This document shows, piece after piece, positions 50,273-59,412 of a stretch of DNA of 64,000 nt. The notes beneath the pieces were generated by a model, which saw only the letters and a list, made by a program, of their open reading frames with translations, was not told the origin of the DNA and searched no databases. The first letter of the stretch is position 1. Each line of letters starts with the position of its first letter. The stretch is taken from contig CAWAKC010000001.1 in the NCBI GenBank assembly GCA_963782525.1, forward strand, positions 160,001 through 224,000, in the 5' to 3' direction. This DNA is from Candidatus Bathyarchaeota archaeon. Its GTDB lineage: Archaea > Thermoproteota > Bathyarchaeia > Bathyarchaeales > Bathycorpusculaceae. The position numbers were made by a program, and so were the translations under genes.

Positions 50273-51889
50273 TCATGGTTTTTCTTGCAGTAGTCGCTTC
50301 AATACTTTTCCGGCGGGGTTGAGAGGTAGTTCTTTTCTGAATTCTACTTCTCGGATTGCTTTGTAATGGGCAACTTTGTTATTAATAAAAATTAAGATTT
50401 CCTCTGCTGACACCGTTGCTTTCTCTTTGAGGACTATGTAGGCTTTAGGCACTTCACCTGCCATTTGGTCGGGTTTTCCGACAACCGCACAGAGTTTCAC
50501 TGCAGGATGCTCGTAAAGGATGTCTTCGAGTTCTCTTGCGTAAACACTGTAGTCTTTGGTTTTTATGAGGTCTTTTTTGCGGTCGGTTATGTAGAAGTAG
50601 CCATCGCTGTCCATTCGTGCGATGTCCCCGGTGAGAAGCCACCCATCCCTAAGCACCTGAGCTGTTTCTTCGGGTCGGCGCCAATACCCCTTCATAACCT
50701 GCGAACCCTTCACTTCTAACTCGCCCGTTTCACCCTGCCTAAGGGGTTTACCTGTTTCTAAATCAACTATTCGCGCGTCGGTATCGGGCAGGGGCAACCC
50801 GATGGAACCAACCTTAACAGTTTTCATTGACGAATCCACTGGCGTGCAATGCGTCACCGGCGAAGCTTCAGTTAACCCGTAGCCTTCTGCGAGGAACCCA
50901 CCCGTGACCTTCATGAATTTTTTCTGAACTTGCGGCGGTAGAGAAGAAGCACCCGAAATACACACGCGAATAGAGGTTAAGTCATATTTGCCCAATTCTG
51001 GGTTGGCAATCAGTGCCGAGTACATGGTTGGGACGCCACAGAAAACAGTGACTGTTTGTTTTTGAACGGTTTCTAAAATCTTGGTTGGCTCAAATTTCGG
51101 AGCCAACACCATTTTTGCGCCCAAACTAATGGGCACGGTCATGCTGGTGGTCATGCCGTAGATGTGGAAAAGGGGGAGTGCTGTTAGGAACGTTTCTTGG
51201 GCTGGGTTGCCCTTTATCCAAGCGGCGAATGCAAGGGCGTTTGAGACAAGGTTGCTGTGGGTCAGCATGGCACCTTTTGCTGTCCCAGTTGTGCCGCCTG
51301 TGTATTGAAGAGCAGCCAAATCCGCCGTTGGATTAACTTTGAGTTTTGGAGCTGTTTTTGGGTTGCTTTCAAGCAACTGTGATAGAATTAGGGTGTTTGG
51401 ATAATTTAGAGAAGGCGCATTTTCGTCTAACATAGTAATTATTAGATGTTTAAGCTGGGTTTTTTCTCTAACTTTCTCGATAATCGGATAAAGAGAATCT
51501 AACGCAACGATAATTTGGGCTTCTGAATCGCAGAGCTGGTACTCGACTTCGCGCTCCCGATGCAGAGGACTAATCGCTGTCACAACTGCGCCTGCCTTGA
51601 GGACCCCAAAATAACCGATTAAGAACTGTGGAATGTTGGGCAAGAAAAGCGCCACACGGTCGCCCTTTGCAACACCCAAGTTTGTTAGTGCATTGGCGAA
51701 CTGATTTGAAAGCAAATCCAGTTTCACATAAGAGATTTCGCAAGCGCCGTAAACGATGGCTGTCTTATTGGGATATGTCTCGGCTGTTTTCTGCAAGAGC
51801 CCTTGGAGAGGAACAGCAGGATACCTTATGGTCTTAGGCACATCTGCAGGCCACGCTTTAAACCAGGGCTTACGGTCAGCAACCATCAC
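50273..51889 (-). CDS. Long-chain fatty acid--CoA ligase (ANL family)
   Basis: YTGGTTGTAKG, EGYGLTE, TGD, DRKKD, GKVLK. Confidence 0.92.
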   Translation of the reverse strand: MMVADRKPWFKAWPADVPKTIRYPAVPLQGLLQKTAETYPNKTAIVYGACEISYVKLDLLSNQFANALTNLGVAKGDRVALFLPNIPQFLIGYFGVLKAGAVVTAISPLHREREVEYQLCDSEAQIIVALDSLYPIIEKVREKTQLKHLIITMLDENAPSLNYPNTLILSQLLESNPKTAPKLKVNPTADLAALQYTGGTTGTAKGAMLTHSNLVSNALAFAAWIKGNPAQETFLTALPLFHIYGMTTSMTVPISLGAKMVLAPKFEPTKILETVQKQTVTVFCGVPTMYSALIANPELGKYDLTSIRVCISGASSLPPQVQKKFMKVTGGFLAEGYGLTEASPVTHCTPVDSSMKTVKVGSIGLPLPDTDARIVDLETGKPLRQGETGELEVKGSQVMKGYWRRPEETAQVLRDGWLLTGDIARMDSDGYFYITDRKKDLIKTKDYSVYARELEDILYEHPAVKLCAVVGKPDQMAGEVPKAYIVLKEKATVSAEEILIFINNKVAHYKAIREVEFRKELPLNPAGKVLKRLLQEKP

Positions 51890-51933
51890 ATCAAGCCAAC
51901 ATGTCCCAAATAAGCAAGTGCGTATTTAAAAAG

Positions 51934-52043
51934 TGGTGCCGGGGACGGGATTCGAGCCCGCGACTTCTGGGCATAGGGCGATTGGCCCCTTTTGCACTCC
52001 AGATTATGAGTCTGGCGCCCTAGCCAGGCTAGGCTACCCCGGC
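51934..52043 (-). tRNA. tRNA-Met(CAT), elongator type, with a 32-nt intron at position 45/46 (51965-51996); CCA encoded
   Basis: GCCGGGG/CCCCGGC acceptor stem; CCAGA-CTCATAA-TCTGG anticodon arm; BHB-like CTGG/CCAG helix with AGT and AAG bulges. Confidence 0.92.
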
Positions 52044-52723
52044 AATTAACCACCGAATTTTCTAGCCGTGTCTTTTTAGTCTGTTTTCCTTCATTTAAAC
52101 TTTTAAATAGTAATTGCCAAGATGTAACCATTGAAATAACAATTAAAAAACAACTCCAATATCATGATGCCAAAAAAGAAAGAATCACTAACAACAACAG
52201 GCATAACTAATAATTCATTGCACAATTTTCATTAATTTTTTGTGCAGAGTCAACGGATGTATTCTTTTCGTTTATTTTGGGTTTCTTTCGCGTTGGCTAT
52301 TAAAGCAGCTTCAAACATAATTGCATCGACGTCGCCGAAGGTTTGCTTTATTGCAACTTTCATTTGAGTCAAATTTAAGTCCTCAAAAACATACTAACTT
52401 AAATGTGAGCCAGCAAATATTCAAACGCAATAATACTTCAAGAGTTTTGGCTCTATATTTTACTTAAGGCTGTAGCGCTAATATAGTTGTGTGGTTTCGT
52501 TAACGCAACAACAAAAAGGGGGTTTATACCAAAAATTCTGTATAAAACCCGTGATCAGTACGTCAATGTTGACAAGTTTCAGCCAATTAATACTCAAAGA
52601 CGAATCTAAAACGCTTAATTTTCATTAACAACCCGCAATCAAACCATTAATGGCAACATTTAACGGTATTTTTGTTACAATAAATTTATTGGATTGAAAA
52701 CCCAACCTTAAAGTGGTAAGGTT

Positions 52724-53323
52724 ATGTCTTCAAACAATGACGATTACCCTGAATGGTTCAAAAAACGCCGCAACTCCTCCAAAGACCCCTTTTTCGGCGA
52801 AATAGACGACATGTTCCGCGAAATGGAGAAAATGATGGATGAAGAACTCAAAAACTTCACCGAAAAAGTCCCCAAAGAATACGTTAAAGAACGCAAATTG
52901 CCGGACGGCAGCACCGTTAAAGAGTTGGGACCATTCGTTTATGGTTACAGCATGAAGATTGGCCCAGATGGAAAACCGGAAATTCAAGAGTTTGGAAACC
53001 TCAAAAAAGGCATCAAGGGCCCACCGCAAGTTAAAGAGGAACGGGAACCCCTCGTAGACATCATGGAAACCAATGACGACGTTCACGTAGTTGTGGAGTT
53101 GCCAGGGGTGGAAAAAACCGACATAAAACTCCACGGCACCGAAGATGAGTTAACAATTTCGGTTGATATACCACACTACAAGTACTTCAAAGAAGTTGCT
53201 CTGCCAGTTAAGGTTAAGGTTAAAGAGGCAATCTCAACCTACAAGAACGGCGTGTTGGAAGTTGTGCTTCCCAAAGCTGAGGTTTTAGACAAGCCAAAGG
53301 GAGAACCAATCGACATAGGCTAA
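52724..53323 (+). CDS. hsp20: Archaeal small heat shock protein Hsp20
   Basis: GPFVYGYS...GPDGKP, REPLVD, ELPGV, YKNGVLEV, IxI tail. Confidence 0.93.
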   Translation: MSSNNDDYPEWFKKRRNSSKDPFFGEIDDMFREMEKMMDEELKNFTEKVPKEYVKERKLPDGSTVKELGPFVYGYSMKIGPDGKPEIQEFGNLKKGIKGPPQVKEEREPLVDIMETNDDVHVVVELPGVEKTDIKLHGTEDELTISVDIPHYKYFKEVALPVKVKVKEAISTYKNGVLEVVLPKAEVLDKPKGEPIDIG

Positions 53324-53371
53324 AAGCATAAAACTTTCACTCACCCAATAATCCCTAGAGTAGCTATTGCA

Positions 53372-53785
53372 ATGACGCATGAAAACTCAGAAATCGACAC
53401 GTTAAACGCTATCTGTCGAGAAGCTAAAGCAGCGGGTAAACTGTCTGGCGACAACCTAACAGAGCTCTATGAACTTTTTGGATCCAGGTTCACTAAAGCC
53501 CTCGACGCCCTAAAAGAGGGGAGAGCAAAAAGGTACATTTTTAAGCCCAGCGGCAGAACCGTCTGGATCGTGGTGGGCAGGGAACGTGATTACTTGATTA
53601 TGCCTGAAGCGGAATTCTGTACCTGTGACGACTTCTACTTCCGTGTCCTCGACAAGAAAGTCCATATGTGCTATCACATATTAACGCAGAAGATTGCCCA
53701 GAACTTGGGTTGGTTTGAGACGATACAGGAAGATGATGAATGCTTTGACATGTTGATGAATGAGTGGAAAAAAGCTACTGCTTAA
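53372..53785 (+). CDS. SWIM zinc-finger protein
   Basis: W.V.G...DY, CTCDDF...CYH. Confidence 0.85.
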   Translation: MTHENSEIDTLNAICREAKAAGKLSGDNLTELYELFGSRFTKALDALKEGRAKRYIFKPSGRTVWIVVGRERDYLIMPEAEFCTCDDFYFRVLDKKVHMCYHILTQKIAQNLGWFETIQEDDECFDMLMNEWKKATA

Positions 53786-53969
53786 ATATGAAGAGTTACA
53801 AGAATACAGTAAAATGCAGGGAGAATCGCTATGGACCTAAGTGCATATTTCACCGTACTCCAGTACACCTTGATGGGTGCAACCTTTATTGCTTTAGTGC
53901 TAATCTTCATGTACGTATACTATGGCAAGGAAGAAGAAACAACCGAATAAACCCCAGCTTTTTAACCGC

Positions 53970-54257
53970 TTATCTTCTTGGTCGTCTATTCACTACCAGA
54001 AACAACACTATACTTATGGCAGTTAGGATTATGCTGATTGCTATTAGCCAGCCTGCGTCTGGTCCAGCACCAAAAACGATCGGGATTGGTCCGATGAGGA
54101 TGACTCCGCCTATACTTCCTGACCCACTCAAAAACACAGAAGCAACAACAATTACGGCAATCCCAACAAAAACTAACGCTAAACCTAAGAACAAAAAACC
54201 AAGCAACCTGCCAGAGACGCCGATCCCTTCATCTTCAGCTTCTTCATCACTCAACAT
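53970..54257 (-). CDS. DUF131 membrane protein
   Basis: GGVILIGPIPIVFG. Confidence 0.85.
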   Translation of the reverse strand: MLSDEEAEDEGIGVSGRLLGFLFLGLALVFVGIAVIVVASVFLSGSGSIGGVILIGPIPIVFGAGPDAGWLIAISIILTAISIVLFLVVNRRPRR

Positions 54258-54261
54258 TAGG

Positions 54262-54522
54262 TTACCTCAACAGCCAATAGTAGACTACAGTAATAATTAA
54301 AACCACAATAGTAAGCGCTAACGCAAACGCCACAACAGTTTTGACTGATTTTTTGTCTGTACCAAAAATTATCGGAATCGGCCCAATCATTATGACACCT
54401 GCACCCTGCACTTTACCCTTTTTGGAGCTACCAGCAGAAGCAAGAACAATCACAGCTACGATAATTATTATTCCAACAACGACCAATGCTACGCCAAGTG
54501 TATAAAAATCTGTAATATCCAC
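54262..54522 (-). CDS. DUF131 membrane protein (tandem paralog)
   Basis: GAGVIMIGPIPIIFGTD. Confidence 0.85.
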   Translation of the reverse strand: MDITDFYTLGVALVVVGIIIIVAVIVLASAGSSKKGKVQGAGVIMIGPIPIIFGTDKKSVKTVVAFALALTIVVLIITVVYYWLLR

Positions 54523-54638
54523 TTTTTCTCTTCAGCCCTAAAAGCACATGAACCAGCGTTTTTAATAAACGTAGCCAGCGGCCCCTTGAAATGCAAAAAA
54601 TTAAAAGCCCCAACGCCGCTCTATCGTGTCGGCGCAAA

Positions 54639-55796
54639 ATGACCACCCAAGACCTCATCGAAGAAATCCAGCGGCAGAACCCTCTAATCAGCCTTGAGCA
54701 AATCCAAGAGCGACTGAAGGCTGAGAGAGAAAAGACTGGTGGTTTATTGGGCGACGAAACATTGCTTCGGTTGATTGCCGCTAAATTCGGCGTTCAAGTC
54801 CAACTTAACCTTGTCCAACACAGTGCAGTCCTATCCACAAGTCGTCTGTTTGCGGGGTTGTACGATGTTACGGTTGCAGGTAGGTTAATTGCTGTTTTTC
54901 CTGCCAAAACCTTTCAGGGCGCTGAGAAATCGGGCAAGTTTGCGACTTTGATGCTTGCGGATGAAGAGGGGCTTTTGCGGGTGGTTTTGTGGAATGAGAA
55001 GGCAGAATTGGTTGAGAGGGGCGAGTTGAAAGCAGGGCAAGCGGTCAAATTGCTGCATGGGTACACGCGGGAAGATCGCTGTGGCAAAACGGAGCTGCAT
55101 TTGGGCACCAAGAGCGAAATCGAAGTGGAACCTAAAAACAAAGCTAACGAATATACCTCAATTGACAAGTTCGCAACGAAAATCAATACCTTAAACATCG
55201 CGGCTGGCAACGTTAACCTTTCAGGCGTGGTAAAGGAGATTTTAGGCGAAAGTACCTTCATCAGAAGCGACACCAGCGTCGGCACAGTTACACGCCTAAC
55301 TTTAGCAGACGGCTCAGGTCAGATAACCGTAGTTTTTTGGAACGAAAAAGCAACCGAACTGGAAAGCACACTCAAAGCAAATGCACGGTTGCTATTGGTT
55401 AATGCTCGGGTGAAAGAGGGACAAACCGGTGGCATGGAAATTCATGTTGACTCCAACACATTCATGGAGGTTCAAGCCGCGGCATTAAACTCAACTAAAA
55501 TTGCTTGCTTAGCTGAGAACCAAATAGTCAACGTTGAAGGCACCGTTTCGGCGTTAAGGGAGAACAAGGAAGTTACAACGTCCAAAGGCGAAACGATCAA
55601 GCTCATGGCTTTTGACTTAAAAGATGAAAGCGGCAGCATTCGCATTTCTGTTTGGAGAGAACAGGCAGAAGCTCTCAGGGACCTGAAAATCGGCAATAAA
55701 CTGAGCTTGAAAAATGTTTATGTGAAAAAGGGATTTGGGGGCAAAGTGGAGTTATCTACCCGGTCTGCAACGGTTGCTTCAGTTGTTAAGCTTTGA
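54639..55796 (+). CDS. rpa: Replication protein A / multi-OB-fold ssDNA-binding protein
   Basis: N-terminal GGLL...L..IA domain plus three OB folds (LAD..G.....W.E). Confidence 0.88.
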   Translation: MTTQDLIEEIQRQNPLISLEQIQERLKAEREKTGGLLGDETLLRLIAAKFGVQVQLNLVQHSAVLSTSRLFAGLYDVTVAGRLIAVFPAKTFQGAEKSGKFATLMLADEEGLLRVVLWNEKAELVERGELKAGQAVKLLHGYTREDRCGKTELHLGTKSEIEVEPKNKANEYTSIDKFATKINTLNIAAGNVNLSGVVKEILGESTFIRSDTSVGTVTRLTLADGSGQITVVFWNEKATELESTLKANARLLLVNARVKEGQTGGMEIHVDSNTFMEVQAAALNSTKIACLAENQIVNVEGTVSALRENKEVTTSKGETIKLMAFDLKDESGSIRISVWREQAEALRDLKIGNKLSLKNVYVKKGFGGKVELSTRSATVASVVKL

Positions 55797-56811
55797 GTTT
55801 TGCTACTATTGCGTCTGCCATTTCGCTTGTAGTTGCTTTTCCATCTAAGTCTGCAGTTCTGACCTTTCCCTCTTTGAGCACGGCGATAACTGCTTTCTCG
55901 ATTTTAGCCGCAGCCATCTTTTCGCCAAGATAATCAAGCATCATTGCACCCGCCATTATTGTTGCGATTGGGTTAAAAAACCGGTTCATGCCAGCGTATT
56001 TGGGTGCTGAGCCATGGACGGGTTCGAACATTCCGTAGGTTGCTCCGATGTTGGCGCCTGCCGCTAAGCCTAAACTGCCGGTTACCTGTGCGGCTTCGTC
56101 GCTTAGGATGTCGCCGAATAGGTTGGTTGTGACCATGACGTCATAGGATTCGGGTTTCTTGATAAGTTGCATGGTTGCTGCATCGATGTGTAAGTCGTCA
56201 ACTTCTACATCGGGATAATTCTTCTGTGCTTCTTTGACTGCATCCTTGAAGATACCGTCAGTTATGCGCAGGATGTTGCCTTTATGGACGTAGGTTAAGT
56301 GTTTTCGACGTTGGGATGCCAGTTTGAAGGCGAATTCGGCAATTTTCAGAGAAGCATCGTGGGTGATTATTCTTAATGCAACACCGACGCCTGGGGCTAA
56401 AAGGGATTCTGCGCCAGAATACATGCCTTCCGTGTTCTCTCGCACAACGATTAGGTCGATGTTGGGTTTTAGGGATTCTACGCTTGGAAAACTCTTGCAT
56501 GGACGCACGTTCGCATAGAGGTTGAACATTCGCCTAAGCGTCACGGCTACGCTTACTGGTGCGCCTGGTTCTTCAGGTGTAATCATGGGTCCTTTGAGGC
56601 ACGCATCGGTTTTTTTGATTAACTCAATGGTTTCTTTGGGTAGGTTGGTGCCGTACTGGACTATGCAGTGGTATCCTGCTTCGCCGTAGAGAAAGTTAAG
56701 TTTGAATTTTGATTTCTCTTGGACTGCTTCGAGGACTTTAACGGTTGCCTCGGTAACTTCGGGTCCTATGCCGTCGCCTTTGAGCGTGGCTATGTTGTAA
56801 GTTTTAACCAT
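55786..56811 (-). CDS. leuB: Isopropylmalate/isocitrate dehydrogenase family (probably LeuB)
   Basis: GDGIGPEV, YANVRP, RENTEG, NLFGDILSD, EPVHGSAP. Confidence 0.85.
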   Translation of the reverse strand: MVKTYNIATLKGDGIGPEVTEATVKVLEAVQEKSKFKLNFLYGEAGYHCIVQYGTNLPKETIELIKKTDACLKGPMITPEEPGAPVSVAVTLRRMFNLYANVRPCKSFPSVESLKPNIDLIVVRENTEGMYSGAESLLAPGVGVALRIITHDASLKIAEFAFKLASQRRKHLTYVHKGNILRITDGIFKDAVKEAQKNYPDVEVDDLHIDAATMQLIKKPESYDVMVTTNLFGDILSDEAAQVTGSLGLAAGANIGATYGMFEPVHGSAPKYAGMNRFFNPIATIMAGAMMLDYLGEKMAAAKIEKAVIAVLKEGKVRTADLDGKATTSEMADAIVAKLKA

Positions 56812-56835
56812 TTGGGTTGCCTTCTGGGTTTGTAA

Positions 56836-57408
56836 TTAGTGTTTTTGCTTATCAGCATTGCTGTTGGCTTTGGTTTTTTTTGGCAAAGTTTCCGCTAAAC
56901 CTTCAGCTTCATTTTTTAAGTAAAGTTGACGATTGTCTACGTCTTTTTCTTTGTAACGACGCATTGTCGAAGCATTCGTTTTCACTCGTTCAAAACGTTT
57001 TTGACTGTTGAGTCGCTCTGCAAGTTTAACCACGTCATTTGGCTTGCTAAACTTCTCCACCGTGCCATCTTCACGTGTTCGCTCGACTTTTATGCAGTCG
57101 TCAACCATGCAGTTGAATACGCAGGCGCCACAGTAAACACACAAATCCTCCATGATGCCGACTTTGCCCGTGCCCCAATACAACGCGTTAGTTGGACAAG
57201 CCTTTAAGCATAATCTGCATTGTGCGCCGACACAAGTGAATTCATTTATGCTGATTTTGCCATCCTTGAAAAGCTCCTTAACCCCTGTTGGTTCAAGAAG
57301 TTCTTTGCGCCGCTGCCGCTTTTCAGCTTCTTCATCAACCTGTGCACTGCTTTCTTCTTCCATCAGCTCGTATACAGAAGGTGGTTTCGACGGCATTTTG
57401 ACAATCAC
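56836..57408 (-). CDS. 2x[4Fe-4S] ferredoxin-domain protein
   Basis: CVGAQCRLCLKACP and CVYCGACVFNC. Confidence 0.8.
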   Translation of the reverse strand: MIVKMPSKPPSVYELMEEESSAQVDEEAEKRQRRKELLEPTGVKELFKDGKISINEFTCVGAQCRLCLKACPTNALYWGTGKVGIMEDLCVYCGACVFNCMVDDCIKVERTREDGTVEKFSKPNDVVKLAERLNSQKRFERVKTNASTMRRYKEKDVDNRQLYLKNEAEGLAETLPKKTKANSNADKQKH

Positions 57409-57685
57409 AGGAAATGATTTGTTTTCAAAATAGGTTTATGAATTATAATTACTTATCCCATCAATTTTGGATTTATCATTCATATTTCTGAGGATTCCGA
57501 ACCGTTTAGGCTTTCGGTAGAAATGCAATATAAAAACGTTAAAAGTTGCTTCATCATACTTTGTCCAGCCAGTATCCATAGCGAGCGAATTTCGCCAGCT
57601 GTAGTTGCAGTAGTTTCCTTGAAAATCTTTCTTCCTGAACTCGGTAGATGTACGTATTTCTCAGAGCTGTTATCTTCTTTTCAAA

Positions 57686-58001
57686 TAGAAGAAGAAAAAC
57701 ACATTTCCTACAGAATTGCCGTCCTTCTTCTTTCAAATACACTACAAGCCCTCTTAGCTGAAAGAAGAAGACACAGAACTGCACACAGCCACTTTCTTCT
57801 TCTTTCAGAGAATAAAAGAAATCGGTTTTTCCCTAATAAAAATTTTTTATGCCATCAACTTGACTGAAAGAACAACAACACTGCACTGCCACTTGTTGTT
57901 GTTCTACCGATCAATGAAGCCAACCATTTAACGGGTAGAAGAAGAAGATTGAAAAATTTGCTCTTCTTCTTCTTTCAACTTAGGTTCCAGTCGAAAGAAC
58001 A
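57686..58001. repeat. Array of at least four triplet-arm palindromes plus a fifth interrupted by the IS (REP/BIME-like)
   Basis: CTGAAAGAAGAAGA/TCTTCTTCTTTCAG perfect 14-bp stem (57758-57808); GAAAGAACAACAA...TTGTTGTTCTACC (57866-57908); GGTAGAAGAAGAAGA...TCTTCTTCTTCTTTC (57934-57976). Confidence 0.8.
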
Positions 58002-58013
58002 CCTATGTGAAGT

Positions 58014-58197
58014 TTGACTATTTGGGTCTTTCTTCTATTCAATCTCTCCTAATTCCACGTCTATTCATTTCCTAGTTGACGACAAAGGCAAACACCTATC
58101 CGCCCACACCAAAGAGGCAATATGGCAACGCATTCAACCCTTCATCAATCAACAACACGTCCACAATCAAGGGACAGTTCTTTGCGGTGAAACACAT
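58014..58197 (-). ncRNA. Putative bridge/seek RNA in the 3' non-coding end of the IS
   Basis: Internal loop carrying AAAGAAC and TGTTGTT (matching the target flanks); second segment ATAGGTGTT and CGTCAAC (matching the element ends). Confidence 0.75.
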
Positions 58198-59187
58198 CTA
58201 AGGTTGATCATAAAACGGCCGCTTATTCTTAAGCACCGAAAAACAAACCACCAACAACTTCCTAGCAGCAGCCACCCTAGCGGTATTCTTCCCCTTCCTC
58301 CCAGCCAAACAACGATAAGAGCGGCTAATCCAAGTATCATACTTACTAACATGTGTTGAAGCGCACTCAATCATGATCCAACGCAGCCACCTACTACCCT
58401 CCTTAGTTATGTTTCCATGACGAACCATGCCTCCTGATTGATAAGTGGAAGGCACCAACCCAGCATAGCTGCAAAGCTTCTCAGCAAACGGAAAACGGCT
58501 AATATCGCCAATCTCACTCTTCAATAGAAGAGCCGAATAATAGCCAATCCCTGGAACAGTCATCAAAAGTTTAACATCTCCATCGACTTCAGCTTCACTC
58601 TTAAGCTCCTTAGACAACACCTTAATTTCTTCACTGAAAACATCGATAAGCCTCAAGTAAGATTCAACCGGATCCAAACCTAAGCCATGAAGCCAAACCA
58701 CCCCCGCCTTGGTCCACAAGCCATGATCCTCCGGCCACTTCAATCCTTGATAAGTCAGATAACTTTTGATTTTCACTCGCAGTCTAACTCTTTCCCTAAC
58801 TAGGAAAGCTCGTCTGCGAACCCTCTCTCGCAAAGCGCCTGTCTCCTCGTCAGGTACGTATGATAGTGGCAACCAATCCATCCTAAGCAGCTGTGCAATA
58901 GCTTTAGAATCCACGCGATCGCTTTTAATTTTAGCCTCAGCAATCAACTTAGTCTTCTTCGGATGAGAAACCACCGCGTCAAAGCCTTCTTTCTTTAGTT
59001 GGCGATAGAGTGATGCAACAGCTGTAGAAGACTCCATGGCGACTTTTCCAACTTTGTGCTGCGAGAGGTAAGAAGCTACTTTCTCATTCTCCATCCTTGC
59101 CTGATCTACAATCTTTCCTTCGGAGTTCAAAATAGTCGCATAAGTGCTATCCTTATGCACATCCAACCCACAAACCAAGGCGCTCAT
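58198..59187 (-). CDS. IS110-family DEDD recombinase/transposase
   Basis: GLDVHK, MES, KSDRVD (DEDD); PGIG, YAGLVP..QSGG catalytic Ser, ARKL. Confidence 0.96.
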   Translation of the reverse strand: MSALVCGLDVHKDSTYATILNSEGKIVDQARMENEKVASYLSQHKVGKVAMESSTAVASLYRQLKKEGFDAVVSHPKKTKLIAEAKIKSDRVDSKAIAQLLRMDWLPLSYVPDEETGALRERVRRRAFLVRERVRLRVKIKSYLTYQGLKWPEDHGLWTKAGVVWLHGLGLDPVESYLRLIDVFSEEIKVLSKELKSEAEVDGDVKLLMTVPGIGYYSALLLKSEIGDISRFPFAEKLCSYAGLVPSTYQSGGMVRHGNITKEGSRWLRWIMIECASTHVSKYDTWISRSYRCLAGRKGKNTARVAAARKLLVVCFSVLKNKRPFYDQP

Positions 59188-59412
59188 GATATGGCGTGAG
59201 CGCCCACGTCGTATAACACTTCCCATACCATCAACAACAAACAAAATTTTGACGTGCTGTTGTTCTACCACCAATCTCAGCAACCGACCATAAAGTGAAG
59301 ATAGGCCAAAAAAGGTAAACAGTTTCAGCTTAAACCAGCCATTTTATTCCCTGTGGGTTTAATAAATTGGCTTTAATTAGAGAAAAGCAAACTGTTTTGA
59401 AAGAGGACCCCC

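Larger units (their letters stand above)
57998..59236 (-). mobile_element. IS110-family (IS1111-like architecture) insertion sequence
   Basis: Sub-terminal imperfect IRs TATGTGAAGT (58004-58013) / ACTTCCCATA (59218-59227); AACA at both ends; short 5' and about 195-nt 3' non-coding ends. Confidence 0.88.

Noticed and set aside
52050-52720. Possible island or att site next to tRNA-Met, and a 37-aa ORF near 52250-52363
   Set aside because: No duplicate of the tRNA 3' end and no integrase seen; the short ORF has no supporting motif
57686-57990. Possible CRISPR array
   Set aside because: Units are inverted-repeat hairpins with non-identical arms and irregular spacing, not direct repeats with uniform spacers; no cas genes
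59188-59283. N-terminal 32 aa of the listed transposase ORF
   Set aside because: Extends beyond the IS end into flanking DNA; the real start is ATG at 59187
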